A DNA stretch of 63,700 bases, the filler included, from Bacteroidales bacterium (GTDB lineage Bacteria > Bacteroidota > Bacteroidia > Bacteroidales > CAIWKO01): NCBI GenBank assembly GCA_035389045.1. It is 3 parts of 3 records of this genome, joined end to end, with 100 filler letters (N's around TTAATTAATTAA, not from the genome) between each part and the next. Parts side by side here need not be neighbours in the genome. Positions count along the whole stretch, not along the records: positions 1 to 23,098 come from DAOORA010000070.1; positions 23,199 to 46,275 come from DAOORA010000071.1; 1 more part is not named here. One strand, written 5' to 3'. Below the pieces are notes generated by a model that did no database searches, had not been told where the DNA came from, and saw only the letters and a list, made by a program, of their open reading frames with translations. The number at the start of each line of letters is the position of its first letter. Position 1 is the stretch's first letter. Both the position numbers and the translations under genes were made by a program. Positions 20,930 through 30,799 of this stretch are shown here, piece after piece.

Positions 20930-21171
20930 TAACGGAACGATTTAAAAAAACTGTGCTTAAAATCTTGAAAATTAGTGACTTTGACATGGACGAGGATACT
21001 CAGGCCAACCAGATTCCCGCCTGGGATTCGCTTAACCATGCCAATGTGATCGCTGCGCTGGAGGATGAATATGATATCAGGCTAAAAAATATTGAAATCC
21101 TGAACTGTCATAATATGGGCGACCTGCACAGGCTTATTGATGCTAAGTTGGAACGAAAAAAATCAAAATGA
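20917..21171 (+). CDS. Acyl carrier protein
   Basis: 84 aa, 'WDSLNH' phosphopantetheine Ser motif; overlaps the ligase stop codon. Confidence 0.88.
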   Translation: METMITERFKKTVLKILKISDFDMDEDTQANQIPAWDSLNHANVIAALEDEYDIRLKNIEILNCHNMGDLHRLIDAKLERKKSK

Positions 21172-21202
21172 GATAACGGAAATAGCCCGTCATGCAATAA
21201 AA

Positions 21203-21946
21203 TCAGGTTTTTTCAGCATAGATCACCACCCTGTGTCCCCGGACAAACTGTTCGTAATCGTTTTCTTCAGGATGATAAAAACGGATATTTGTAAAACCGA
21301 AATATTCCAGAAGCGTAACCAGGGCGTCACGAGAAGGAACCAGGGCAAGGTCTGAAAGGCCTCCTTCTGTCAGTGACGGGTAATCCATACATAATCCGAA
21401 CATTCCTCTGATGTCACGCTGTTTTTTGTAGCAGCCATCCTCAACCTGCATCTGAACAGTACATGGCAGCACCTGCGATTCGATGCAGATGGCTTTTGCA
21501 GTCAGGCCGGCAAGTTTACGGAAAACCTCAACCGGATTTTCGATATGATACAGCAATCCAAAACACAGGACAAAATCTGCAGGGCTTGTTTGTTTCCATT
21601 CTTCTAAAGACGTATGGATATAATCAATATTTTTAGCGCCTGTGACATCCGTAATGAGTTTTGCTTTTTCAAGAGACTCATAATTCTTATCAATGCCGGT
21701 AACATTTTCAAAGTATCCGGACAATAAAACAGTAAAATACCCTTCGTGGCACGAGACATCCAGCGCTTTGCCCATGGGCCGGTTCTCTCTATATTCATGT
21801 AAAAACTGCAGCAGGGCTTTTTCTCTTGTGTAATGTACAGGCCTCACAAAATCAGCGAGATAGCTGTCGGTTTTCGAGCCATCGGGCAAAACAAATTCAT
21901 AAAACCATTGCTGGCTTTTTACAAGTTCAAGTTTGTTTGTTTCCAT
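21203..21946 (-). CDS. Class I SAM-dependent methyltransferase (CmoB/DUF1698-like)
   Basis: 'ALDVSCHEGYF', 'DFVLCFGLLYHIENP'. Confidence 0.8.
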   Translation of the reverse strand: METNKLELVKSQQWFYEFVLPDGSKTDSYLADFVRPVHYTREKALLQFLHEYRENRPMGKALDVSCHEGYFTVLLSGYFENVTGIDKNYESLEKAKLITDVTGAKNIDYIHTSLEEWKQTSPADFVLCFGLLYHIENPVEVFRKLAGLTAKAICIESQVLPCTVQMQVEDGCYKKQRDIRGMFGLCMDYPSLTEGGLSDLALVPSRDALVTLLEYFGFTNIRFYHPEENDYEQFVRGHRVVIYAEKT

Positions 21947-21962
21947 AGTATTACGCTATCGT

Positions 21963-22382
21963 TTATTCTTCGATCAATTCAATCATATGTGCTTCCGGAG
22001 TATAAATAAAGATACAGAGTTTACCCTGAAAAACCGATGATTTAAAAAAATTAAGCGGTTTATAATTCAGTTTTTCAAGACGTGCAACGGTGTCATGAAT
22101 ATCTTTTACTTTATAGGCCATATGATAGTATGAAGTTCTTTTTTTTAACAGATTATATACGGATGATTCTTCGCCCATCGGCTGAACCAGTTCAAGAAAG
22201 ACCTCATCGGCAATTTTTATCAGGCAGAGTAATACTTTTGAGGTATCAACGGTCATGACCTCTGATATGTTTTCCTTACCGAATAATACCGCATAATTGG
22301 CCATGGATTCCTGTATGTTTTCCACCACAACGGCTATGTGATGAAGTTTGAGTTCAGGCAATACGGTCTCATTTGTGTTCAT
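21963..22382 (-). CDS. VOC/glyoxalase family protein (methylmalonyl-CoA epimerase-like)
   Basis: 'LHHIAVVV', 'LELVQP', 'YHMAY.V.DI', 'MIELIE' metal ligands; ATG 22382 preferred. Confidence 0.85.
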   Translation of the reverse strand: MNTNETVLPELKLHHIAVVVENIQESMANYAVLFGKENISEVMTVDTSKVLLCLIKIADEVFLELVQPMGEESSVYNLLKKRTSYYHMAYKVKDIHDTVARLEKLNYKPLNFFKSSVFQGKLCIFIYTPEAHMIELIEE

Positions 22383-22458
22383 TGTGTGTTTTTTTTTGGT
22401 TGACACGATGTATAGCTATTTACATTTATGAGTTAATTACTTAAAAACAATACGTAAA

Positions 22459-23098
<640 letters not shown>

Positions 23099-23198
23099 NN
23101 NNNNNNNNNNNNNNNNNNNNNNNNNNNNNNNNNNNNNNNNNNTTAATTAATTAANNNNNNNNNNNNNNNNNNNNNNNNNNNNNNNNNNNNNNNNNNNN
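23099..23198. other. Artificial contig linker (N44-TTAATTAATTAA-N44)
   Basis: All-frame-stop spacer flanked by Ns; identical structure at 46276-46375. Confidence 0.95.
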
Positions 23199-23444
23199 CT
23201 TATACACAGTACTTTGCTTCATTTTGTTGATAACTTTCTTGCGGATTTAAGGCGTTAAAAAATACAATTACGAAGACAAGAAAAAAATGAGTTATCCAAT
23301 TTCAATAAAATTCCTGTTGTAACATCTTCTGACTAAAAAATAGTTATCTGGACCGGAATAGAAAATCTAATTGCACTATTTTCTAAACAAAAGTGAATGA
23401 CTTAAGGTGACTCCTGAAAACGGGTTTAAGCACAGTTAAAAAAT

Positions 23445-23475
23445 AAAAAACACCTCTTCGTAATGAAGCGGTGTT
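23445..23475 (-). terminator. Probable intrinsic terminator of ssrA
   Basis: AACACC-TCTTC/GAAGC-GGTGTT imperfect hairpin followed on the minus strand by a T run. Confidence 0.6.
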
Positions 23476-23479
23476 GGCC

Positions 23480-23850
23480 TGGTGGAGCTGGAGAGATTCG
23501 AACTCTCGTCCAAACAAGTAGCAGAAGTGCTTTCTACATGCTTAGCTTTCTGTTGATTTTCGTGACAGAGCCGGAAAAAAGCGGTCCTACCCTGCCCTTA
23601 TCCCTTAAGGTTTTGCTCAGACATCAGGGCGCTGACTGAACTATCCCCGCATTTGCGATGCTTCGGTCGGGACACAGCAGGGAGAAGTTTCCCGGGAAGC
23701 AGCCAGCGCTTAATTCTGAATTAAGCAGCTAAGGCGTAATTGTAATCGTTGCCATTTAACTGGCGTGAGCATTGGGATTAACGGGCCACACACACAACGC
23801 CCGGCATGCTTACAGATCCACTAACCTCGCTGTCAAAACCGGTCAGCCCC
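23480..23850 (-). ncRNA. ssrA: tmRNA
   Basis: 5' GGGGCTGACCGGTTTTGACAGC; 3' T-arm GAGAGTTCGAATCTCTC then CAGCTCCACCA; tag reading frame 23753-23721 encodes GNDYNYALAA*; TATCTTTG -7 box at 23858-23865. Confidence 0.97.
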
Positions 23851-23880
23851 TGTGTTGCAAAGATACAAAACTTTTTCCAC

Positions 23881-24552
23881 TTAATGGCCCGCAGCGACAT
23901 CTTCAAAATTTATATCCTCCGGTATCTCAAATTTTTCAGGCGGTATGACTGCATTTTCTTCTATTTGGGTCGCTTCCATCGTAATACTGATCCCGGCTAC
24001 GGTCGATACCGTCTTGAGGGGTATTCCCTTCCATATATAATAGGTTCCTTTCAGTTTGGCAGACGCAATTTCCATAGTATAAACATCACACTGTCGTCCA
24101 AGCAACTCAGCAGTTCCGTTCTTTTTCAGGTTTAATTCCTTCGCCATGTCGTGAGTTATGGCATTGAAATTAATATTATCAGGCCCTTTGGCTTCAACCA
24201 TGGTACGCTTTCCCGTCTTATCATCAGGATTATATGAATACATATATACGGAATCGACAAGGCTACACTGACGTACTTTCTTGCCGAGCAATTCCTGGCT
24301 TACCTCGGCAAGTTGCTTTCTGCCGTAATCATCCATATATATTACAATATTCTGCGTCATTCCAAAAGTTGATGACTTCATGTGGATGATCACTGATTTC
24401 AGCAGGATTTTTTTTGCACCGGCAGGAATTTTATCAACATAGGCTATGCTTGTATCGCCTTTTATTTCGGTTTTATCATCGCTGCTTTTATTACCCGAAC
24501 AGCCCCAGAGCATAAATACGGCCAAAAGAACGATTAAAAGAATTTTTTTCAT
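23881..24552 (-). CDS. Lipoprotein of unknown function (DUF4412-like)
   Basis: Lipobox 'LWGC'; 'G.ELLGRQC.VY...W..KGIPLK...F.IP' pattern. Confidence 0.65.
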   Translation of the reverse strand: MKKILLIVLLAVFMLWGCSGNKSSDDKTEIKGDTSIAYVDKIPAGAKKILLKSVIIHMKSSTFGMTQNIVIYMDDYGRKQLAEVSQELLGKKVRQCSLVDSVYMYSYNPDDKTGKRTMVEAKGPDNINFNAITHDMAKELNLKKNGTAELLGRQCDVYTMEIASAKLKGTYYIWKGIPLKTVSTVAGISITMEATQIEENAVIPPEKFEIPEDINFEDVAAGH

Positions 24553-24562
24553 AACACAGGTA

Positions 24563-25141
24563 TTAATTTTTTTGAATTTTTTTTACAAAAGGGATTATTT
24601 CATCCATAAAATTACTGAAATCCCTGTCAAGTTCATCATAATGTTTGAATATTTCTTCTGCCGCATCATGCAGATTGTGAGCGTGGCGTGCCCTGAAAGA
24701 CAATCCTCTGAAAAAATGCCGGAAGCAACCAGGATTCCGGTAATAATCAAGCCAGTTGCCGATAACCATGAACGGGAGCATACGTTTCATGCGGACAGGT
24801 AATATCGGATAGGCAGCCAGCATGGTCTTATAGACATTTGCCGCAAAATGAGATAACGACTCATCATGATACCTGTACCAGTTAGCCGCCAGAAAATGAT
24901 CATAAAACATATCTATAATGATAGCAGCATAAAGGCCAAATTTACAATCGATGCGGGCCATACTCGTTTGAAAATATTTGTTGTCATCCGTAAACTCATC
25001 TATTTTACGATGAAGCAAAATACCCTTCCTGATCTGTTCATTGTATCCGTCGGATTTTCCTTTTAATGTATCGGTCATGAAATTCCCCACAAGGATATCT
25101 CCTTTGTCGAATGAAAGATAAGCGTGTGCCAGATAATTCAT
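24563..25141 (-). CDS. acpH: Acyl carrier protein phosphodiesterase
   Basis: 'MNYLAHAYLS', 'GNF..D..KG', 'GI.LHR.ID.FTD', 'DMFYDHFLA'; start reassigned to ATG 25141. Confidence 0.9.
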   Translation of the reverse strand: MNYLAHAYLSFDKGDILVGNFMTDTLKGKSDGYNEQIRKGILLHRKIDEFTDDNKYFQTSMARIDCKFGLYAAIIIDMFYDHFLAANWYRYHDESLSHFAANVYKTMLAAYPILPVRMKRMLPFMVIGNWLDYYRNPGCFRHFFRGLSFRARHAHNLHDAAEEIFKHYDELDRDFSNFMDEIIPFVKKIQKN

Positions 25142-25264
25142 AATATGCAAAAATAGTGAAAAATCGGTTTGGTGTTCCTCCTGTATATCGGTAATCCGAA
25201 TTGACATAAATTTTGTAATTTTGCTTCACATATACTCTTTTTTAGGAAAAAAATATAAAACACC

Positions 25265-27271
25265 ATGAATCTTCAGGAATTTCAGCATCAGGTTTTACAG
25301 GGCATCCCTGATACCCTGCCAGAACCACAACCTTATGACCATACTGTCAATCACGCACCAACGCGTAAGGACATCCTTACAACAGCAGAAAAAAAACTTG
25401 CACTGAAAAATGCCCTGCGTTATTTTGACCCGAAGCATCATGTAATTTTGGCCCCGGAATTTCTGAACGAGCTTAAAGAATACGGAAGAATTTACATGTA
25501 TCGTTTTCGTCCGGCCTATAAAATGTTTGCAAGGCCTATAAGCGACTATCCCCATCAATCAGCACAGTCGGCTGCCATCATGTTGATGATCCAGAACAAC
25601 CTTGACCCTGCCGTTGCCCAACATCCTCACGAACTCATCACCTATGGCGGCAATGGCGCGGTTTTTCAGAACTGGGCGCAATACCTGCTGACCATGAAAT
25701 ACCTGGCCACGATGACCCACGAACAAACCCTTGTGATGTATTCCGGACATCCGATGGGATTGTTCCCTTCACACAAAGATGCACCAAGGGTGGTGGTGAC
25801 CAATGGCATGGTTATTCCCAATTATTCCGGGCCTGACGACTGGGAGCGTTTTAATGCGCTGGGTGTCTCTCAATACGGGCAAATGACTGCGGGATCCTAT
25901 ATGTATATCGGCCCGCAGGGCATCGTTCATGGTACTACCATTACGGTTCTTAATGCCGGAAGAAAAATTGATAAAACAGGTGATGGCCTTGCCGGAAAAC
26001 TTTTTGTAACCTCCGGCCTGGGCGGCATGTCGGGAGCACAACCCAAAGCCGCAGTTATCGCCGGTGTTATCGGGGTAATTGCCGAAATCAATCCGAAAGC
26101 TGTACATACACGGTTTTCGCAAGGCTGGGTTGATGAAGTTTATACCGACCTTGACGAGCTTCTGCAGCGGATATCCAAAGCAAAAGAAGACAAAGAATCC
26201 GTGTCGTTAGCATACCAGGGAAATATAGTAGACCTGTGGGAAAAACTTGCTCAGGAAAATGTTCACGTGGATCTTGGGTCAGATCAGACCTCGTTGCATA
26301 ATCCCTGGTCGGGAGGATACTACCCTGCCGGCTTGTCTTTCGAAGAATCCAAAATAATGATGGCCGAACAGCCGCAGCTTTTCAGGGAAAAAGTGCAGGA
26401 ATCATTACGCAGGCAGGTAAAAGCCATCAACAAACTTGCTGCCGGAGGAATGTATTTCTTCGATTATGGCAATGCTTTTCTGCTTGAGGCAAGCCGTGCC
26501 GGTGCAGAAATCAAAAAGCCCGGCGGAGATTTTATTTATCCCTCGTATGTGCAGGATATCATGGGTCCAATGTGTTTCGATTTCGGGTTTGGTCCGTTCC
26601 GCTGGGTTTGCACCTCCGGAGACCCTGAAGACCTTGACAAGACAGACCAGATTGCCATACATGCACTGGAAAAAATTGCAGAAACCTCACCGGATGAAAT
26701 TCAACTGCAGATGAAAGATAACATCCACTGGATCAGGGAAGCCAAGAAAAACAAACTTGTTGTAGGTTCCCAGGCACGCATACTGTATGCTGATGCACAG
26801 GGTCGTACCCAAATTGCTGAAGCGTTTAACACCGCTGTAAAAAACGGTGAAATCTCTGCCCCTGTTGTTATTGGCCGCGACCATCATGATGTTTCAGGAA
26901 CAGACTCCCCGTACCGGGAAACATCCAATATTTATGACGGATCGAACAAAACAGCAGATATGGCGGTACAAAATGTCATTGGCGACTCGTTCCGGGGAGC
27001 TACCTGGGTTTCGCTCCATAATGGCGGTGGTGTCGGATGGGGTGAAGTGATCAACGGAGGCTTCGGGATGGTACTCGATGGTTCGGAAGATACCGACAGA
27101 CGGTTGAAGTCCATGTTGTTCTGGGATGTAAACAACGGCATCAGCCGGCGCAGCTGGGCACGAAATCCAGGAGCTATGTTTGCCATTAAAAGAGCAATGC
27201 AGATTGAGCCCCGCCTGCAGGTTACCTTACCCAGCATCGCTGATGACAATCTGATTGACGGGTTGTTATAG
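25265..27271 (+). CDS. hutU: Urocanate hydratase (long form)
   Basis: 'GQMTAGS..YIGPQGIVHGT', 'GLGGMSGAQP', 'SDQTS.H', 'GRDHHD', 'HNGGGVG'. Confidence 0.97.
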   Translation: MNLQEFQHQVLQGIPDTLPEPQPYDHTVNHAPTRKDILTTAEKKLALKNALRYFDPKHHVILAPEFLNELKEYGRIYMYRFRPAYKMFARPISDYPHQSAQSAAIMLMIQNNLDPAVAQHPHELITYGGNGAVFQNWAQYLLTMKYLATMTHEQTLVMYSGHPMGLFPSHKDAPRVVVTNGMVIPNYSGPDDWERFNALGVSQYGQMTAGSYMYIGPQGIVHGTTITVLNAGRKIDKTGDGLAGKLFVTSGLGGMSGAQPKAAVIAGVIGVIAEINPKAVHTRFSQGWVDEVYTDLDELLQRISKAKEDKESVSLAYQGNIVDLWEKLAQENVHVDLGSDQTSLHNPWSGGYYPAGLSFEESKIMMAEQPQLFREKVQESLRRQVKAINKLAAGGMYFFDYGNAFLLEASRAGAEIKKPGGDFIYPSYVQDIMGPMCFDFGFGPFRWVCTSGDPEDLDKTDQIAIHALEKIAETSPDEIQLQMKDNIHWIREAKKNKLVVGSQARILYADAQGRTQIAEAFNTAVKNGEISAPVVIGRDHHDVSGTDSPYRETSNIYDGSNKTADMAVQNVIGDSFRGATWVSLHNGGGVGWGEVINGGFGMVLDGSEDTDRRLKSMLFWDVNNGISRRSWARNPGAMFAIKRAMQIEPRLQVTLPSIADDNLIDGLL

Positions 27272-27314
27272 CTTTATGGAATAATTTTTGTTACTTCTAC
27301 CCAAATATTGACTC

Positions 27315-27719
27315 ATGAAAAATCCGATAAAATATATTGTATTTATACTTATAATAGGTCTTTCCACACTTTATTCCTGTGATCCGGAAGATAATATTAA
27401 TCCAGATGACGATGTCAGGGCGCCCTACCTGGGGACCTGGCTGTGTACAGAATTATCAGGCATGACATATAATGTAACCGTCACTCTCGACCAGGCAAAC
27501 AGCACCCAGATCCTGATCGGAAATTTTCATTTCTACGGAGCAAACGAAAAAGTTTATGCCATTGCTACCACCAACAACCTGACATTGCCTTCCCAAAACA
27601 TATGCGGCAATACCGTTTACGGATCCGGTACACTCATTAATGACAGTAAGTTTACCATGAAATACTATGTTAATGATATGGCAGATATTGATACAGTGAA
27701 CGCTACATATACCAAGTAA
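27315..27719 (+). CDS. Lipoprotein of unknown function
   Basis: Signal peptide ending 'LYSC-D'; beta-rich body. Confidence 0.7.
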   Translation: MKNPIKYIVFILIIGLSTLYSCDPEDNINPDDDVRAPYLGTWLCTELSGMTYNVTVTLDQANSTQILIGNFHFYGANEKVYAIATTNNLTLPSQNICGNTVYGSGTLINDSKFTMKYYVNDMADIDTVNATYTK

Positions 27720-27842
27720 TTTTATAGGATACTATTTTTCGGATCGTCATCTGCCCCGCAAATCAAACTTTTTTTGAAAGTGCTCCTACCTGAAAACTCT
27801 CTTTGGCATATAAAAATGCTATATTTTAAACCATAAAGAACC

Positions 27843-28223
27843 TCACCAGCCTTTTTTGGGAATGATTCCGGTTTTTTTACTGCCAATTTTTGATTGGGTT
27901 TTGCTCAGTTCTGTCACTACTTCTCCATATATCAGATGCAATTCCTTAAGATTTGAGGAGTAATATTGAAGACTTTCATTGAATTCCTTATAACTAATAT
28001 GGTGTTTCCTGAGTAAAAAATAATAATACTGATCTCTGAGCAAACCGACATCCCTGCCTTCAGGTCCGGCACAAGCCAGTGATGCCTCTGCAAGGTGAAA
28101 ATCAACCAATACCTGCACCATCCGCTCAGGCGGAATCACCTGAGGCGGTATTTGCGCTCTTTTATCTTCAGAGCATCCTGCAAGCGTAAGTACAATAACC
28201 AATATGACCAGCAATTTTTTCAT
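27843..28223 (-). CDS. DUF4296-like lipoprotein
   Basis: 'LAGC'; 'M..VL.D.HLAE', 'F..SL.YY...IY..V'; follows pyrC; ATG 28223 preferred. Confidence 0.75.
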   Translation of the reverse strand: MKKLLVILVIVLTLAGCSEDKRAQIPPQVIPPERMVQVLVDFHLAEASLACAGPEGRDVGLLRDQYYYFLLRKHHISYKEFNESLQYYSSNLKELHLIYGEVVTELSKTQSKIGSKKTGIIPKKGW

Positions 28224-28244
28224 CACAAACAGGATTAGCATCAA

Positions 28245-29600
28245 TTATGGCTTAAAACGCAGCCTCGTCCCTTTTATTTTTTCTGAAACCTTTTGTCCAT
28301 CATAAGCCATTTGACCGTTGACAAAGGTATTTGAAATTTTTGAATGGAATAACTCTCCTTCTAATGGCGACCATTTACATTTATATAAAACATTGTCATT
28401 ATCGACAACAGTATTTTTTTGCAGGTCAAACACCACCATATCGGCATGATAATTTTTACGGATGAACCCTCTTTTTTCAATTTTAAAGCATATGGCGGGG
28501 TTATGACACATCAGCTCGGCAATCCTTTCGAGCGAGATTTGTTTCTTATAGTAAAATTCGAGCATCATCAATAGCGCATGTTGTACCAACGGTCCTCCCG
28601 ATGGGGCTTTCAGATAAGATTGCTTTTTTTCCTGCAACGTATGAGGGGCATGATCTGTGGCTACAACATCAATCGTACCGTCAAGAATTGCTTCAAATAA
28701 TGCCTTACGGTCGCTTTCCGTTTTTATGGCAGGGTTCCATTTGATCAATGTTCCTGATGTATGATAAGCAGCATCATTAAACCATAAATGATGTACGCAG
28801 ACCTCTGCAGTAATTTTTTTCAGAGAAAGAGGAAGATCACTCTTCAGCAATGCAAGTTCCGCAGCAGTTGACAAATGAAGGATGTGAAGCCTGGTATTGT
28901 TTTTTCCGGCAAGTTCAACAACTTTTTTTGTCGAAATGAAGCAGGCTTCGGAACTACGGATCAGCGGATGACATTCCACGGGGATATTCTCCCCATATTT
29001 TTGCCGGTAGAACTCAAAATTGGCTCTGATGGTGTTTTCATCTTCGGAATGTACTGCAATCAAAAATGGCAGGCTGAATATTTGCTTAAGGGTTTCCTGG
29101 TCATCAACCAGTAAGTTCCCTGTTGATGATCCCAAAAAAACTTTTATCCCGCAATTATTCACCGGATCAAATTTTTTCAGTTCTTCAAAATTGTCGTTGT
29201 TTGCTCCCACATAAAACGAGAAGTTGGCATGTGACCTTTCTGCAGCCATGGAATATTTTTGTTCCAGAAGTGCAATGGTTGTTGTCGGAGGTTTCACATT
29301 GGGCATATCCATAAAACTGGTCACCCCCCCGGCAACCGCTGCAGCTGATTCAGAAGCGATATCGGCTTTATACTCCAGCCCCGGCTCACGAAAATGAACC
29401 TGGTCATCAATGACACCCGGCATCACATATTTGCCCGTAACATCAATGACCTCAATATTGTGTTGAGCTGTATAATCCCCGGAAAGTTCTATCTGACGGT
29501 CAAAATCGGCTATAAGGCCATCAAGGATCAGAATATCTTTGATTTTTATCTCGCCCTCATTGACAACCAATGCATTTTTTAACAGATAACTGCAATTCAT
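28245..29600 (-). CDS. pyrC: Dihydroorotase
   Basis: 'PGVIDDQVHFREPG', 'DMPN', 'KWNP', 'ATDHAPH'. Confidence 0.92.
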   Translation of the reverse strand: MNCSYLLKNALVVNEGEIKIKDILILDGLIADFDRQIELSGDYTAQHNIEVIDVTGKYVMPGVIDDQVHFREPGLEYKADIASESAAAVAGGVTSFMDMPNVKPPTTTIALLEQKYSMAAERSHANFSFYVGANNDNFEELKKFDPVNNCGIKVFLGSSTGNLLVDDQETLKQIFSLPFLIAVHSEDENTIRANFEFYRQKYGENIPVECHPLIRSSEACFISTKKVVELAGKNNTRLHILHLSTAAELALLKSDLPLSLKKITAEVCVHHLWFNDAAYHTSGTLIKWNPAIKTESDRKALFEAILDGTIDVVATDHAPHTLQEKKQSYLKAPSGGPLVQHALLMMLEFYYKKQISLERIAELMCHNPAICFKIEKRGFIRKNYHADMVVFDLQKNTVVDNDNVLYKCKWSPLEGELFHSKISNTFVNGQMAYDGQKVSEKIKGTRLRFKP

Positions 29601-29641
29601 GAATCAAAAAAATATGTGGGCGCCAATAAGTCCTTTTCTGC

Positions 29642-30379
29642 TCAAGCAGCTTTTTTATAGGAACGAAACCAGCTTCTGACTTTTAAAGAAATCACCCCGA
29701 ACACCGCTTCCTTGAAAATGCCCTTGCTCATTTTGGACTGTCCTTCGGTCCGGTCAGTAAAAATAATGGGAACTTCCCTGATCTTAAAACCATGTTTCCA
29801 GGTGGTGAACTTCATTTCGATCTGAAAGGCATAGCCAATGAAATGTATCCGGTCGAGTTCAATTGTTTCTAAAACTTTTTTGGTATAGCATTTAAAGCCG
29901 GCGGTGGTATCACGGATCTTCATCCCTGTAATAATGCGAACATAAGCCGATGCATAATATGACATAAGAACCCTTCCCATAGGCCAGTTCACAACATTCA
30001 CCCCGTTTATATAGCGGGACCCTATAGACATATCGGCGCCATCTTTTGCACAGGCATCGTATAAACGGATAAGATCATCAGGGTTGTGCGAAAAATCGGC
30101 ATCCATCTCAAAAATATATTCATAATTATGTGCAAGCGCCCATTTGAATCCATGAATATATGCTGTTCCCAAACCAAGTTTTCCCTGGCGTTCCTCTATG
30201 AATAAACGTTCCGGAAATTCTGTCATAAGATTTTTTACAATGGCGGCAGTACCATCAGGGGAATTATCCTCCACGATTAGGACATTAAAATCTTTCGGAA
30301 GCGAAAACACCTTGCGGATGATTTTCTCAATATTTTCGCGTTCGTTGTAAGTAGGAATTATTATTATGCTGTCTGTCAC
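29642..30379 (-). CDS. Polyprenol monophosphomannose synthase (Dpm1-like GT2)
   Basis: 'IIPTYNE', 'MDADFSH.P', 'GSRY', 'D.T.GF', 'GYAFQIE'. Confidence 0.9.
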   Translation of the reverse strand: MTDSIIIIPTYNERENIEKIIRKVFSLPKDFNVLIVEDNSPDGTAAIVKNLMTEFPERLFIEERQGKLGLGTAYIHGFKWALAHNYEYIFEMDADFSHNPDDLIRLYDACAKDGADMSIGSRYINGVNVVNWPMGRVLMSYYASAYVRIITGMKIRDTTAGFKCYTKKVLETIELDRIHFIGYAFQIEMKFTTWKHGFKIREVPIIFTDRTEGQSKMSKGIFKEAVFGVISLKVRSWFRSYKKAA

Positions 30380-30651
30380 AAAATTTTATTTTTAAAAACG
30401 TAACAAACCTACATATTATTTTCCAAAAAAAATATATAGTAATAAAAAAAATTTAAAATTACCAACAGATCTCTAATCTGCAGAATTCAAAAATAAGACA
30501 AATTTTCACTGCATCCTTCTGTGAAATTCTCTGTGAATCTTTGTTTAAAAAATTCCATTAGGGCATACCGAGAAAACGTCTATTGGTGAATAAATCAGGC
30601 TACAAGGTTATGGAAAAGATGGGTAGTTTTTTACTTTGTTATGATATTATG

Positions 30652-30706
30652 TTTAAGGTTAATATTATATTTTGTTTTAAGGTTAACATTATATTTTGTA
30701 TTTTTG
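30652..30706 (+). promoter_or_regulatory. 24-bp tandem direct repeat abutting a TAnnTTTG -7 box
   Basis: TTTAAGGTTAATATTATATTTTGT (30652-30675) and TTTAAGGTTAACATTATATTTTGT (30676-30699), then TATTTTTG. Confidence 0.55.
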
Positions 30707-30799
30707 CTGCAAATCAAAATCAGAAAACGATAAAAAATTCATTCAAAATCCGGTTATTATTAAATTTCTGAATAATTATTAATATTAAATTAAAAAAAC

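Noticed and set aside
23199..23479. Integrative element at the ssrA 3' end
   Set aside because: No integrase and no duplicated ssrA 3' end visible; the contig starts only 280 bp away, so it cannot be tested here
25265..27271. Unusually long, stand-alone hutU
   Set aside because: The long form is ordinary in Bacteroidota, and hut genes are often dispersed
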